Assembly (NCBI GenBank): GCA_030390025.1
Contig: JASTWF010000336.1
Span: forward strand, 372,001 to 436,000
DNA: 64,000 nt
Source: Squalus acanthias
Taxonomy: Eukaryota
Direction: 5' to 3'
The translations under genes were made by a program, and so were the position numbers. A model generated the notes under the pieces. The model saw only the letters and a list, made by a program, of their open reading frames with translations, was not told where the DNA came from and did no database searches. Shown here in pieces: positions 1-13,504 of the stretch. Position 1 is the stretch's first letter, and every line of letters starts with the position of its first letter.

Positions 1-2195
1 CAAATCCTCTTTCAATGAAGGCCAACATACCATTTGCCTTCCTAACTGCTTCCTGCACCTGCATGTTTGCTTTCAGTGACTGTTGTACAGGACACCCAGA
101 TCCCTCTGTACATCAGCATTTCCCAATCTATCACCATTTAAGTAATACTCTACCTTTCTGTTTTTCCGACCAAAGTGGATAACTTCACATTCATCCACGT
201 TATACTGCATCTGCCATGTATTTGCCCACTCACTCAACTTGTCTAAATCGCCTTGAAGCCTCTTTGCATCCTCCTCACAACTCACAATCCCACCTAGTTG
301 CGTGTCATCAGCAAACTTGGAAATATTACATTTGGTTCCCTCATCCAAATCATTGATATATATGGTGAATAGTTGGGACCCAAACACTGATCCCTGCGGT
401 ACCCCACTAGTCAACACCTGACAACCCAAAAAAGAGCCATTTATTCCTACTCTCTGTTTCCTGTCTGTTAACCAATTTTCCATTCAATCCCCCAATCCCA
501 TATGCTTTAATTTTGCACACTAACATCTTATGTGGAACTTTATCAAAGGCCTTCTGAAAATCCAAATACACAGCATCCACTGGTTCTCCCTTATCTATTC
601 TAGCAGTTACATCCTCAAAAAACTCCAGTAGGTTTGTCAAACACGATTTCCCTTTCATAAATCCATGTTGACTTTGTCTAATCCCGTTGATATTTTCTAA
701 GTGTCCTGTTATCACATCCTTTATAATAAACTCTAGCATTTACCCTGCTGATGATGTTAGGCAAACCGATATGTAGTTCCCTGTTTTCTCTCTCCCTCCT
801 TTTTTAAATAGTGGGGTTACATTTGCCACCCTCCAATCTGCAGGAACTGTTCAATAATCTATAGAATTTTCTACATGACAACCAATGCCTCCACTATTTC
901 CATGGCTAGCTCTTTTAGTACTCTGGGATGCAGATTATCAGTCATTGGGGATTTATCAGCTTTCAGTCCCATTAATTTCTCCAGCACTATTTTTTTACTA
1001 ATAATAATTTCCTTTAATTCCTCCTTCTCACTAGACCCTTGGTTCCCTAGCATTTCTGGGAAGTTATTTGTGTCCTCTTCTGTGAAGACAGAACCAAAGT
1101 ATTTGTTTAATTGCTCAGCCATTTCCTTGTTCCCCATTAAAAATTATCTCGTTTCTGACTGTAAGGGACCTACATTTGTCTTCACTAATCATTTTCCTTT
1201 TACATACTTGTAGAAGCTTTTACAATCCGCTTTTATGTTCCTTGCAAGTTTACTCTCATATTCTATTTTTCCCCACTTAATCAATCTATTGGTCCTTTTT
1301 TGCTGAACTCTAAACAGCTCCCACTCCTCAGGCTTGCTACTTTTTCTGGTAACTTTAAATGTCTCCTCTTTGGATCTAATACTATCCTTAATTTATTTTG
1401 CTGGCCATGGTTGGGCCGCTTTTACTTTTGTGTTTTTGCGCCAGAAAGGAATGTAAAACTGTTGCAATTTGTGCTTTTGTCCTTAAATCTTAGCCATTGC
1501 CTATCCATGTATTTTAATGAAGCTCCCCAATCTATCAGAGCCAACTCACTCCTCATACCATCGTAGTTTCCTTTGTTTAGATTTAGGACACTAGTTTCAG
1601 ATTAGACTTCTTCACTTTCCATTTTAATGAAGAATTCTATCATGTTAAGGTCACTCTTCCCTATAGGATCCCACAGAACAATATTATTAATTAACACCTT
1701 CTCATTGCACAATACCCAATCTAGGATAACCTGTTCCCTAGTTGGCTTACTGGTCTAAAAAAAATCTCGTACACACTCCACAGTATTATTGCTAATTTGG
1801 TTTGACCAGTCTATATGTAGATTAAAGTCACCCATGACTACTGTAGTACCCTTGTTACATGCATCTCTAATTTCCTGTTTGATGCCATCGTCTACATTAC
1901 CACTACTGTTTGGAGGCCTATAGACAACTCCCACCAATGCTTTCTGCTCCTTGGTGCTAATTAGCCCCACCCAGACTGATTGTACATCTTGATTTTCTGA
2001 TCCAATATCCTTTCTCACTATTGCTCTGATTTCATCCTTTACTAACAAGGCCACCCGACCTCCTTTTCCTTTTCGCCTGTCCTTCCTAAATATCGAATAT
2101 CCTTGGATATTCAGCGCCCAGCCTTGGTCATCCTGCAGCCATGTCTCCGTAATTGCAATTATATTGTATCCGTTTACATCTATTTGTGCTGTTAA
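1..2195 (-). mobile_element. CR1-clade LINE ORF2 remnant (endonuclease + RT), frameshifted; runs off the window start
   Basis: ORFs 1755-2234 (IAITETWL, VYRPP, GDFN endonuclease motifs), 407-739 (QHGF, YLDFQKAFDKV), 73-483 (GVPQGS, KFADD); near-identical to 44758-46960. Confidence 0.95.
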
Positions 2196-2518
2196 AATGG
2201 AATAAGGCAAAAGGAATTTTAAAAAGTTCGGCAATATTTGGCTAATGGTGAATTTATTAAATTAATTCTCCAGTTTAGGAAAATATTGGCAGGCTTTGTA
2301 AATTTAGAAATCGTTGGCGGTCTGACTGTTGACAGTTATTTCCGCCCTCTTTTCATTGGCGGGAGAAACAGGCTGTAATTGGCCACCGGAAAAGACCAAT
2401 GAAATTCAGCACAGAGCGACCAATCACAAGCTCAGTACCTGAATTCCTCAGGAAGGTATAAGAAGGGCAGATGTGAGAGAAGATTCTTAGTCTTTGTCTG
2501 CCTTGGTGCGTTGTGGGA

Positions 2519-2908
<390 letters not shown>

Positions 2909-2938
2909 AGCGGACAAGAATCAATCTAATAACCTAAA

Positions 2939-2954
2939 GGCTCTTCTCAGAGCC
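2939..2954 (+). terminator. Histone 3' stem-loop (loop variant TCTC)
   Basis: GGCTCT-TCTC-AGAGCC followed by ACCCA and a purine-rich downstream element. Confidence 0.9.
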
Positions 2955-3727
2955 ACCCACTATCTGAGAAAGGGCTGCTCCTTGTTCTGTTATATGAATC
3001 ACACTTCTACCAGATTTAATTAAACATTGAATTTCTGCAATTAAGCTGGGAGTTTTCTGATCACAAATGAATGACATTCTCGGTTATAAACAGGACACAC
3101 TCTGTCGGATATGTTGAAATGTAGATCCACACACAAACTACCGCAGGTTTGCTGTTATCGGATATTCAGATCAGTGATTTAATATAGAGGGGGACCGGCT
3201 TCAGAGAAAAACAACCAACGGAAATTTGAGAGCGGCCGGCATTGAACACTCTGAGAACCGAGTATAAAGGAGTTGTTGATGGGCGGTTAGGGGCCAATAA
3301 TGCCATGGGGAGAAGTATATACATCCTGAATACAATTATTTTCCCTTTTAATTTAGACAGGATGGAGCCAGCATTACAGCTCCGGTTAATTTAAAATATT
3401 CCAAATATTAACTGAGGTTCCCACCTGTCACCGCAACAAGAGCTGATTTATAGGTGAGATTCAGACCTCAGCCACCTCATTCTCTGTCACGGTATGTGGA
3501 GTGGGGGCAATTAACTACCAGAGCTCCTACTTCTAGTTTCCCACCCACATTATTCAGGTGGTCAGTCTACTCGGAGATCACTCACATTCAAACCCGCACC
3601 GTCAGAAATTAACTGCCTCCCACGTTAAACGCCCAGTTTCAGTACCACGAAAAGACTAGGAGGGTTTGTGTGTGGACAGATCAGTTTGCCTTGCCCCGAT
3701 GGCAACTCTTTCCTGTGCTGATTTGGT

Positions 3728-3743
3728 GGCTCTTAAAAGAGCC
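3728..3743 (-). terminator. Histone 3' stem-loop of H3
   Basis: Minus strand GGCTCT-TTTA-AGAGCC-ACCA. Confidence 0.95.
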
Positions 3744-3787
3744 TTAGTTGTATTTGGTGCTAAAGTCTGGAGCCGGGCAGGGTGAGA

Positions 3788-4216
<429 letters not shown>

Positions 4217-4259
4217 CTAAATCTGGAACACAGGAACTGTTAATGCGGAATTTGCGGAG

Positions 4260-4390
4260 TGTCCGCCTTCTTATACACAGCGAGGGACCGCCCCGAGCAC
4301 TGATTGGCTGCAGACCGGCGCCCACCCACTTTATACCCAACTCTGATCAATCAATGAAACGCTGGAAACTCAGGCCCCGATTGGCTAAGC
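4260..4390 (-). promoter_or_regulatory. H3 promoter (TATA-like, GC and CCAAT boxes)
   Basis: Minus strand GTATAAG near 4270, GGGCGG near 4290, CCAAT near 4303 and 4380. Confidence 0.7.
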
Positions 4391-4574
4391 TGTGATTATC
4401 GCCCATTTCAAAAAGTCCGCCAATTTTAGTGCAGGAAATAACCGTTTTGAGACGAATCGATTTTATTCTGCACAAATTGAAATGATCATTACCAGAATCA
4501 TTGAACGTTTTAAATGTAACTTCCTCGACTTGGTGCTTTAGGGCCCTTCCCATTGCCTGCACTCTGGGCTGTTG

Positions 4575-4666
4575 TTTTTTTTTTGGCCTTCCTTTCTTGC
4601 TCCTTCTCCTCTCCTGTCCTCTCTCTCCAGGCACCTCAGTTGGAGTGGTTGAGTTTGGGTTGGTGG
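4575..4666 (-). mobile_element. Short polyadenylated retrocopy of a Tx1-A 5' UTR segment
   Basis: Resembles ~40865-40950; T10 at 4575-4584; 14-bp direct repeat ACTCTGGGCTGTTG at 4561-4574 and 4667-4680. Confidence 0.8.
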
Positions 4667-5664
4667 ACTCTGGGCTGTTGATGCTGACAGGAGCGGGGAA
4701 AGAGACCCGCGCCAATCTCCCTCTCCTCTCCTCTCCAACCCATTCAGACTTTCCCTCCGCCCGTCCGATTGTGACGTTAGCCGCCGCTTTCAGGGGAGAG
4801 GATCAGAAATCAGTCGCTTCTCTCTGACCCCGTGGAGCCTGTGAGAAGGGCTTGGCCAATAATCTGTCATTCGGTAACTGTGCAGTGAGCGATCTGATAC
4901 TCGGCACATTTTAGATTGCTGAGTGGAGACTTATTGCCGCCTGTTACTGATAAGAGGCTGACAAATTAAACCTGTTCGTGGAACAGCGCCAGGAATGTGT
5001 GACGGTGAACCGAGAATAACAGAACGAAAGGCCCGAGATTTTAAATTCATTCCCTGGAAATTAGACTTTCGATTAATTCGCTTCTTTCCGGCACTGGAAT
5101 TGGCGGGCTTTTTCAAATACAAAAAAATTCAAACATTTTGCTAGGTCGACAATTTCAACCAATGATGTGCTTATTTTCTAATCTGCGGCTCTGCGATTGG
5201 TTAAGAAATGGGATTGTGACGCGGACCGCCAATCAGAAGTAAACTCGGGTGAGAGCGGGCTCATAAACCGCGGTGACTTCAGATCCCCGAATAACTGAGC
5301 TGAAATTGTTCAATTTCACAAACCCTGTCAGTATCAGTGCCGGACATCACCGTCTGGCGGGAAATAATTCACAAGTTGGACTATATTCAGTGACCCATTC
5401 AACGACTCCTGCCCGACCAGCCAGATAATTATTATAGAATAACACAATGAACAAATGTGATGTGATTTTTCACCGAGAGGGAGCATCTGGCGTCTGGGGA
5501 AAAACTCTCAATAAATCTAGTGTATCAGAAAGCGAAATTCAGATTCCAAAATTCAGAACACAGCGCAAATCCGTTACTAATATTTCTGACGACAATCTAC
5601 TTTTGAGCACAATCTACACCAGCTCCCGTTCCCAGGTCTCTGTTCTCTTTGTGAGGCAGTGGGT

Positions 5665-5680
5665 GGCTCTTAAAAGAGCC
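5665..5680 (-). terminator. Histone 3' stem-loop of H4
   Basis: Minus strand GGCTCT-TTTA-AGAGCC-ACCCA. Confidence 0.95.
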
Positions 5681-5714
5681 TTTGTGTTGTGTTTGGTGGA
5701 AAGAGTCGAGTTGT

Positions 5715-6035
<321 letters not shown>

Positions 6036-6079
6036 TCACTCAAACTTCTGCTGAATGTGAAACGAACTACTTCTGGTTG

Positions 6080-6120
6080 CTCTTATATACAGCCGACTCC
6101 GACCTGACTGAGAAAGCGCA
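6080..6120 (-). promoter_or_regulatory. H4 promoter: subtype element and TATA box
   Basis: Minus strand CTTTCTCAGTCAGGTCGGAGTCGGCTGTATATAAG; homologous to ~33800-33840. Confidence 0.75.
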
Positions 6121-6873
6121 GAGTGAGAGAGGCGGGGAGGGGAGGAGACAGAGTGAGAGATTAAACAGAGAGAGCGGGAGGGGAGGAGACAGTTTCAAGA
6201 GTGACAGACAGAGCAGAGAGCGGCCTCTGATCTTCCAGCTCCACCTCCAGCTTTCTCCAACCGCCAATTTCAAACCGTTTATCGACAATAGAATCGAAAC
6301 CCAGCGCTCCGCACAAACCCTTACAAACTCGGACTTCATATTCAAGGTTTCCAGAAACCGGAATCTTTTAAATAAAGTCCTGTTACAATTAACAATCAGT
6401 AATATTCCCGCCTATATACAGTCCCTTCTATCACAAGTCAACCCGTCTCCTTCCATGTCAATCTCTGGCCTTATTCCATCTCCCCACACTGCCCTCACAG
6501 ACGGGTTCAGCAGTTTACAATCAGCTTATTCCAGGTGATTTACAGAATCTCATGTGTTGGGGTTTGAGTTGTGACGCGGGGTATCTCCGCCAGTGTCACC
6601 GTCTCAGAGACTCTCACCCTGAACCTCTGAACTGAAAATGACCACGAACTGAGACTGGAGCCGAAAACCCCCCGGCCCCAGTTAGAGTGAGGCCCGGCCC
6701 GGACATCCCATTCTGTTTTATTGGACACTGGGGGAGGGGTGGGCGCAGCGAATGTCAGCGAGTCACCAGGGAGCCTGGGTTCATTTGAAATGATTTCAAT
6801 CGGGAGTCTGATACCGGCCCCGGGACATGGATCATTTGATTCCGCGATCAGCTCTTTTTGGAAAGACTTGGGC

Positions 6874-6889
6874 GGCTCTGAAAAGAGCC
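6874..6889 (-). terminator. Histone 3' stem-loop of H1
   Basis: Minus strand GGCTCT-TTTC-AGAGCC-GCCCA. Confidence 0.92.
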
Positions 6890-6920
6890 TTTGGGTTCAG
6901 ATGTTTACAAGTTGTCCTTT

Positions 6921-7592
6921 TTACTTTCTTTTGGCCGGTACTTTCTGAGACTTTGCTGATTTGGTCTTGGCCTTGGGTTTTTCCACCTTCTTGGCCGCCT
7001 TCACCATTCCGCCTGTGGCCTTCTTGGGGCTCTTAGGCTTCTTCGCCGCAACCTTCTTCCCAGCCGCCACTTTCGCTGACTTTTTTGATGTTGGCGCCTT
7101 CTTGACGATCGTTTTCTTGGCGATCGTTTTCTTGGCTGGAGATTTCTTGGCTGGAGATTTCTTGGCTGCTGGTTTCTTTACTGCAGATTTCTTGGCTGCT
7201 GGTTTCTTTACTGCAGATTTCTTGGCTGCCGGTTTCCTCACCTTCTTTCCCTCTTTCGATTGGGATTCCTTCTTAGCGAGCCTGAAGGATCCCGCGGCGC
7301 CCGTGCCCTTGGTCTGCTCCAGGGAGCCTTTTAACACTTTCCTCTTGATGCTTAAAATGATCTGGGAACGCTGCTTCTGCACATCGACGCCGTTGGCAGC
7401 CAGAGCCTTCTTCATTGCGGCCAGCGACATCCCCTTGCGTCCGCTGCCACTCGCCGCAACCTTGAGGATCTGCTCGCCCAACGTGGGACCGGCTGCCTTG
7501 GAGCGGGGAGTCACCTTCTTCTTCTTGATGGGAGACTTGGTTTGAGCGACGGCGGCAGGAGGAGCCGTTTCGGCGGCTGCAGTTTCAGTCAT
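6921..7592 (-). CDS. H1: Linker histone H1
   Basis: 223 aa; globular domain ([24 protein letters not shown]), K/A/P-rich tail with SP(A/K)K motifs; stem-loop. Confidence 0.96.
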   Translation of the reverse strand: MTETAAAETAPPAAVAQTKSPIKKKKVTPRSKAAGPTLGEQILKVAASGSGRKGMSLAAMKKALAANGVDVQKQRSQIILSIKRKVLKGSLEQTKGTGAAGSFRLAKKESQSKEGKKVRKPAAKKSAVKKPAAKKSAVKKPAAKKSPAKKSPAKKTIAKKTIVKKAPTSKKSAKVAAGKKVAAKKPKSPKKATGGMVKAAKKVEKPKAKTKSAKSQKVPAKRK

Positions 7593-9160
7593 GTCCGCGA
7601 CTCTGTAGAAACTCTCTGACAGTCAGAGTTGGGTCAGAAATGAAACGAGAGGCGGCGACACAGAGCAACTTAAAGGCAGCGAGCGGACGGGGCGGAGACA
7701 TCCTGCTGTCAGCTCCCGGCCCCTCCAGCCTCTCTGTGTTACTCTCTCCTCATTAACTCTCCGATTCCAATTAAACTCGGGCACTCCAGATTCCCAGACT
7801 GGCCTCTTTCTGTCTCGAAGACCGGGATGTTTCCCTGCGAGAAAGTTTCATCAGAATTCAAGGCAGCAATTTCGATTTAAAGCCGTTTCATTGCTGCACT
7901 GATGGCGCTCTCTCACCCGATCTCGGAAAAGTTCTTTGTTTTTTGGCTGATATTTGAAATCAAATATAACTTCACGTTTAATTCGCACTTCGGGGCTGAG
8001 CAGGGGGGCAGGGCGATCCTATGACAGTGAAATCTTTGAATTTTACACAAGAGGGTCTGTGAAATCCGGCGATGAGAGCGGACACACAAACACAGTGACA
8101 TTAGTCTAACCCGCCCGCTCCTTTAACACACTCTCGCTGACACAATGCTCACTCTGCTCATTCACAGCACAATCTGCTCCCAGATTTACAGTTCCCGGGA
8201 CAGGTTTTCCTCTCCGCTCGGCCTGTGCTGCCGATTTTCGGAGTTAGTTGGAGTTTCCCAGCTCAGTCAGTGTTAAACACTCTGAGGTCGGCGCTCCTCA
8301 CAGTGTCTGATCCCCAGATTCAGGGACAGGAGCCAATCACAGCTCTGGCTGTGTTCACCCATATCTGCTTTGAAGGTATTATCTTGTTCGCAGGCAGAAA
8401 TAGGTTTGATTTATATGAAAATAGAAATGATGAGCTCACCGCCCCTCTAGCCTCTCTCTGTCTCTCTCTCCTCCGAAACTGAGGAACAGAACAGAGCAAC
8501 TGGTGTCCTGTGCATTCCATTCTCAACACCCAAAGACAGCAACCAGAGAGAGAGAGAGAATATCAGTCTTAAACTTCGTACTCTGAGCCAGGCGGTCCAC
8601 GCACTCTCTGTTACCGAGATTTAGGGGCAGGAATGTGTCACAGTTTGGCTGTGTCGATCCTAGCCTGCTTTTAGATTATAGTATTATTCACAGAAATAGT
8701 GAGACATTGTGTTCACCACACATGCCCTGAACTCGGTCTCAATCGACCGGAAACTGAGAGGTTGAGCATCTATCCAGATATAACAGGGAGGGCTGGGGGA
8801 TAGAGGGACTGAGGATTGATCCTGTACACAAGGCACAGAGACAGACACAGGGGGTGACAGTCGCACAGGCCCGGGAACTTGTCTGGTATCTGTCGCCTAC
8901 TCACCCAGCGGGGACAGGCAGAGACTGATTAAACTCCCCACTCTCCAGCAGTTCAGTGTCAGAGATTGACAGAGCCTGTTCCTCTCCATCCTTCCATACA
9001 GTATTGGGGAAACAAATCGCTCTCAGGGGCAGGATTCGCGTCGCTCTCACACTCACCGGCAGCAACTGACGTGTGTCCAGAGTGACTTTCTCCTCTCCTA
9101 ATATCTCCTTATCTGTCTCGGTGTCAATGTTTCTTTGATAACGCTCCTGTCAAGCTCATT

Positions 9161-10993
9161 TTTTTTTGTTGTCAATAATCTTTTTATTCAAGTAAAATAG
9201 TACTTATACAACTCATCAATTACATAGTAAACCTTTTCATTCCTTGATCACAATAAAGCCTTAAAAAACAGCTTTATGGATTTCGATTTTCATTTTTTTT
9301 TTACAAATAATCAATAATGTACTGGACAAATCTAATCTACTGGAATTTTTTGAGGATGTAACTGGGAAAATAGAAAATGGAGAACCAATAGATGTGGTGT
9401 ATTTGGACTTTCAAAAGGCTTTCGATAAGGTCCCGCATAAGAGATTAGCGTGTAAAGTTAAGGCACATGGGATTGGGGGCAAGGTATTGACTTGGATAGA
9501 GAACTGGTTGGCGGACAGAAAGCAAAGAGTAGGAATTAATGGGTTTTTTTTGAGTGGCAAGCAGTGACTAGTGGGGTACTGCAGGGATCGGTCCTTGGAC
9601 CCCAGCTATTCACAATATACATTAATGATCTAGATAAGGGAACTAAATGTAATATCTCCAAGTTTGCAGATGACACAAAGCTGGGTGGGAGTGTGTGCTG
9701 CGAGGAGTATACCAAGAAACTCCAGTATGATGTGGACAGGTTGGGTGAGTGGGCAGAAGCGTGGCAGATGCAATATAACGTGGATAAATGCGAGGTTATC
9801 CACTTTGGTGTCAAAAACAGAAAGGCAGACTATCATCTGAATGGCAATAGATTGGGAGAAGGGGAAGTGCAACGAGACCTGGGTGTCCTTGTGCACCAGT
9901 CGCTGAAGGTAAGCATGCAGGTGCAGCAGGCGGTGAAGAAGGCAAATGGTATGTTGGCCTTCATAGCGAAAGGGTATGAGTATAGGAACAGGGATGTCCT
10001 GCTGCAGTTGTACAGGGCCTTGGTGAGACCACACCTTGAGTATTGTGTGCAGTTTTGGTCGCCGTATCTGAGGAAGGATGTTCTTGCCATGGAGGGAGTT
10101 CAGCGAAGATTCACAAGGCTGATACCTGGGATGGCAGGAATGACATATGAGGAGAGATTGGGTCGATTGGGCTTATACTCGCTGGACTATAGAAGAATGA
10201 GAGGGGATCTCATCGAAACATATAAAATTCTGACAGGTCTGGATAAACTAGATGCAGGAAGAATGTTCCCGATGGTCGGAGAGTCCAGAACCAGGGGTCA
10301 TAATCTAAGGATAGGGGGTAAGCCATTTAGGACAGAAATGAGGAGGAATTTCTTCACCCAGAGAGTGGTGAACCTGTGGAATTCTCTACCACAGAAGGTA
10401 GTTGAGGCCAAGTCATTAAATATATTGAAGAATGAGTTAGATATATTTGTTAAAGATAAAGGTATCAAGGGATATGGGGAGAAGGCAGGTACAGGGTACT
10501 GAGTTTGGATGATCAGCCATGATCTCATCGAATGGCGGAACAGGCTCGAGGGGCCGAATGGCCTACTCCTGCTCCTATCTTCTATGTTTCTATGTCATGT
10601 TTACAGTACAAATACTCTTAAACAATACCACACAACTTTTAAGATTTAAAATAATAAATCTCAAAGTTAACTCCACATAAAACAAAAACCATTTCAACAC
10701 CACAGTGTACAAACACATAGCACCATCATAATCCAATTAAATGCTGCAGATAACATTTATTCCAATAAACCAAGAAAAAACCCGTTTTACGCCAGTCCTA
10801 CTGGCATTGTTCGTTCGATCATTCGATCATCCATTCAATTGTTCGTTCGTTCATTCAAGCGTTCGTTCATTCGTTCGTTCGATCCAGCGTAAGTTCCAAT
10901 ATGTATGTACGAATGCGTGCATGCGTATCATTTGTGTAAGTGCGCGCCTGCGTGCGTTCGCTCGCTCGCTCGATTATCGTTCGTCTGATCGTG
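9161..10993 (-). mobile_element. 5'-truncated insertion related to the Tx1-B 3' UTR, interrupted by a CR1
   Basis: 9175-9240 and 10600-10845 align with 49309-49600; oligo(T) near 9159-9167; 15-bp TSD CCTGTCAAGCTCATT at 9146-9160 and 10994-11008. Confidence 0.8.
9330..10595 (+). mobile_element. CR1 LINE 3' fragment with complete 3' end
   Basis: ORF 9564-10502 (KFADD, RPHLEYCVQFWSP); TTCTATGT tail repeats. Confidence 0.95.
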
Positions 10994-11346
10994 CCTGTCA
11001 AGCTCATTGGGACGATTGATTCCCTTAAAGGCGCTATATAAATTCAAGTTCTTGTTGTTGTTGCTTTATTTAAATGGTGTCCGGAAGAGAGGTCTGAGCA
11101 TGCGTGATAAACACTTGCCTGCTCCGCCCCCTCTCTCCGCACAGTGTTTGAACCGACAAGAAGGGTTCCTGCGAGCTCCCCTCCCCCAGCTCTGCCAGCG
11201 GGGGCCGTTTCCTCTGTGCTCGGCTGATGATGGTTGAACACATCAGGGAGCGGAGATATCACGGGCCCGAGTAAGGGAGCAAACAGCAGCCTCCTCACAG
11301 CAGCACATCGCACTGGGACTGTGTCCGCAGATGGGCTTTGAGTCTA

Positions 11347-11794
11347 GGGCAACACGGTGGCATAGTGGTTAGCACTGGTGCCTCACAGCGCCAGAGACCC
11401 GGGTTCGAATCTGGCCTCGGGTGACTGTCTGTGTGGAGTTTGCACATTCTCCCCGTGTCTGCGTGGGTTTCCTCCGGGTGCTCCGGTTTCCTCCCACAGT
11501 CCAAAAATGTGCGGGTTAGGTTGATTTGGCTATGATAAATTGACCCTTAGTGTTAGGGGGGGATTAAATATGTGGGGTTACAGGGATAGGATGGGATATG
11601 TTAAGGGGAATTAAATACGTGGGGTTACGGGGATAGGGTGGGATATGTGTCGGTGCAGGCTCGATGGGGATTCTGTGTGAGAAAGCAGGGACAGGGTACT
11701 GGATTTGGATGATCAGCCATGATCGTATTGAATGGTGGAGCAGGCTCGACGGGCCGAATGGCCTACTCCTGCTCCTAGTTTCTATGTTTCTATG
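11347..11794 (+). mobile_element. tRNA-derived V-SINE (HE1-like) with CR1-derived tail
   Basis: A box (TGGCATAGTGG), B box (GGTTCGAAT), V-domain TGTGTGGAGTTTGCACATTCTCCCCGTGTCTGCGTGGGTTTCCTCCGGGTGCTCCGGTTTCCTCCCACA, CR1-type 3' end. Confidence 0.9.
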
Positions 11795-12231
11795 AGTCGG
11801 GGTAAGTTCAGCGGCAGTCGGGGCTGTGTGTCAGAGGCAGAGTGGAGCAGGAACTAGTTCCGGGACATGGAGTAAGTGGGGGAAGGGAGAGGCCATTCTC
11901 GGGCTGTGTGTGGACAGTGTCAGGTAACAGAGAAAGTAAATCACCTCGCTCTTTCAGATCATTGCTGCTTTCTTCCCCCAAATCAGTAGTGAATGTTCCT
12001 GATTCAATTCCAATCTCACCGTGTCTGTTGTTCTTGGACAGTGAACAGTGGAAACACAGCCTGACAGTGAGGATGTGAGCAGTTCCACAAAGTGCATCTA
12101 TTGCAGGCACCAGGTGAGAAGTGTGAAAGAATACATTTCAAAAATGGGTTATTTTGTTTTGTAATGTTGAGTTCTCCAGAACCGTGTGCCTGGTGATCGG
12201 GAGATACATTGTCGCCCCCTCAGATACATCA

Positions 12232-12902
12232 GAAAACAAATCCAGCTTCTCCAAAGTTTCCTTGTAGCTAAGATCCCCCATCCCCAGAACCATTCTGCTA
12301 AATCTTCTCTGCACTCTCTCAAGGGCCTTCACATCCTTCCTAAAGTGTGGTGAGCAGAACTGGACGCAATAATCCAGTTGCGGCCTAACCAGCGCTTTAT
12401 AAAGATTCAGCATAACTTCTCTACTTTTGTACGCAATACCTCTATTTATGAAATCCAAGATCCCATATGCTTTGCTAACCACTCTCTCAATATGTCATGC
12501 CACCTTCAGGGACCTATGCACAGTAACTTCCAGGTCCCTCTGTCCCTGCACACTCTTTAAAACTGTGCCATTAAGTGTATATTGCCTCTCCCTGTTCCTT
12601 CATCCAAAATGCATTACCTCACACTTCTCTGTATTAAATTCCATCTGCCACTTGTCTGTCCATTCTGCTAGCCTTTCTATGTCCTGTTGCAATCGATTGG
12701 TATCATCCTCACTGTCTGTGACACCCCCAGGTTTGGTGTCAACTGCAAATTTAGAAATTCTACTTAGTATTCCAATATCCAGGTCATTTATATCTATTAA
12801 AAATGCAGTGGCCCCAGCACTGACCCTTGGGGAACACTACTGTCTGCCATCCTCCAGTCTGAAAAACAGCCATTTACCACAACTCGCTGTTTTCTGTCCT
12901 TA
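12232..12902 (-). mobile_element. CR1 LINE internal fragment
   Basis: ORF 12138-12482 (LVRPQLDYCVQF) and adjacent RT-region homology. Confidence 0.9.
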
Positions 12903-13504
12903 GACTGAAAACAATTGCTTGTGCAGCCCAGGTACCTGTGGTTATATTCCAGGAAGCCATCCGGAACTTCATAGGTAGTGCAATGGGAATGGGAGATATA
13001 AATCTGGACTGTGCCAATCGGGTGGTCCCATTCATGGTCCAGTGCTGGGTTTGGGTTGTGTCTGGATGCTGATAACTTACTATAGAACCGTCCTACACAC
13101 CTGGTGTGGAGAATCTGAGTGCCGCTGTACTGCAGTGAGGTCAGACAATAACCCTGTTTGTATCGCGGTTTCCTCTCTCCAGATACTTTACTTTATTAAA
13201 AACAAATACGTTCATTGTAACTTTATCTTTATATTCTACACACAACTGTCCATATCGTATAACTAATATTGTTCTCATATTGTTATTCTCGTAGCAAAGT
13301 CCTTCAATGAGCCAAAATAAATGTGTTCTTTCCTCCACGCGGAACACGAGGAATAGTGCAGGCAGCTCCTTCTCACACACAGTAAGTATATTATCACTCA
13401 CAGAATGACAGATGGAGAAAGAATCACATACTGTAACTGAGATTGACAGACTGACAGATACAGAGGAAAACCCACACTCACATACCAGAGATAGACAGAT
13501 AGAC

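Noticed and set aside
8880..9070. Two minus-strand GTGAGT splice-donor-like motifs
   Set aside because: No supporting exon structure or coding frame identifiable from sequence alone
11347..11420. tRNA-like sequence
   Set aside because: Head of a V-SINE, not a complete tRNA gene
12930..13170. Possible Ig/TCR V segment (YC-like motif)
   Set aside because: No open V-domain frame and no convincing heptamer/nonamer signal
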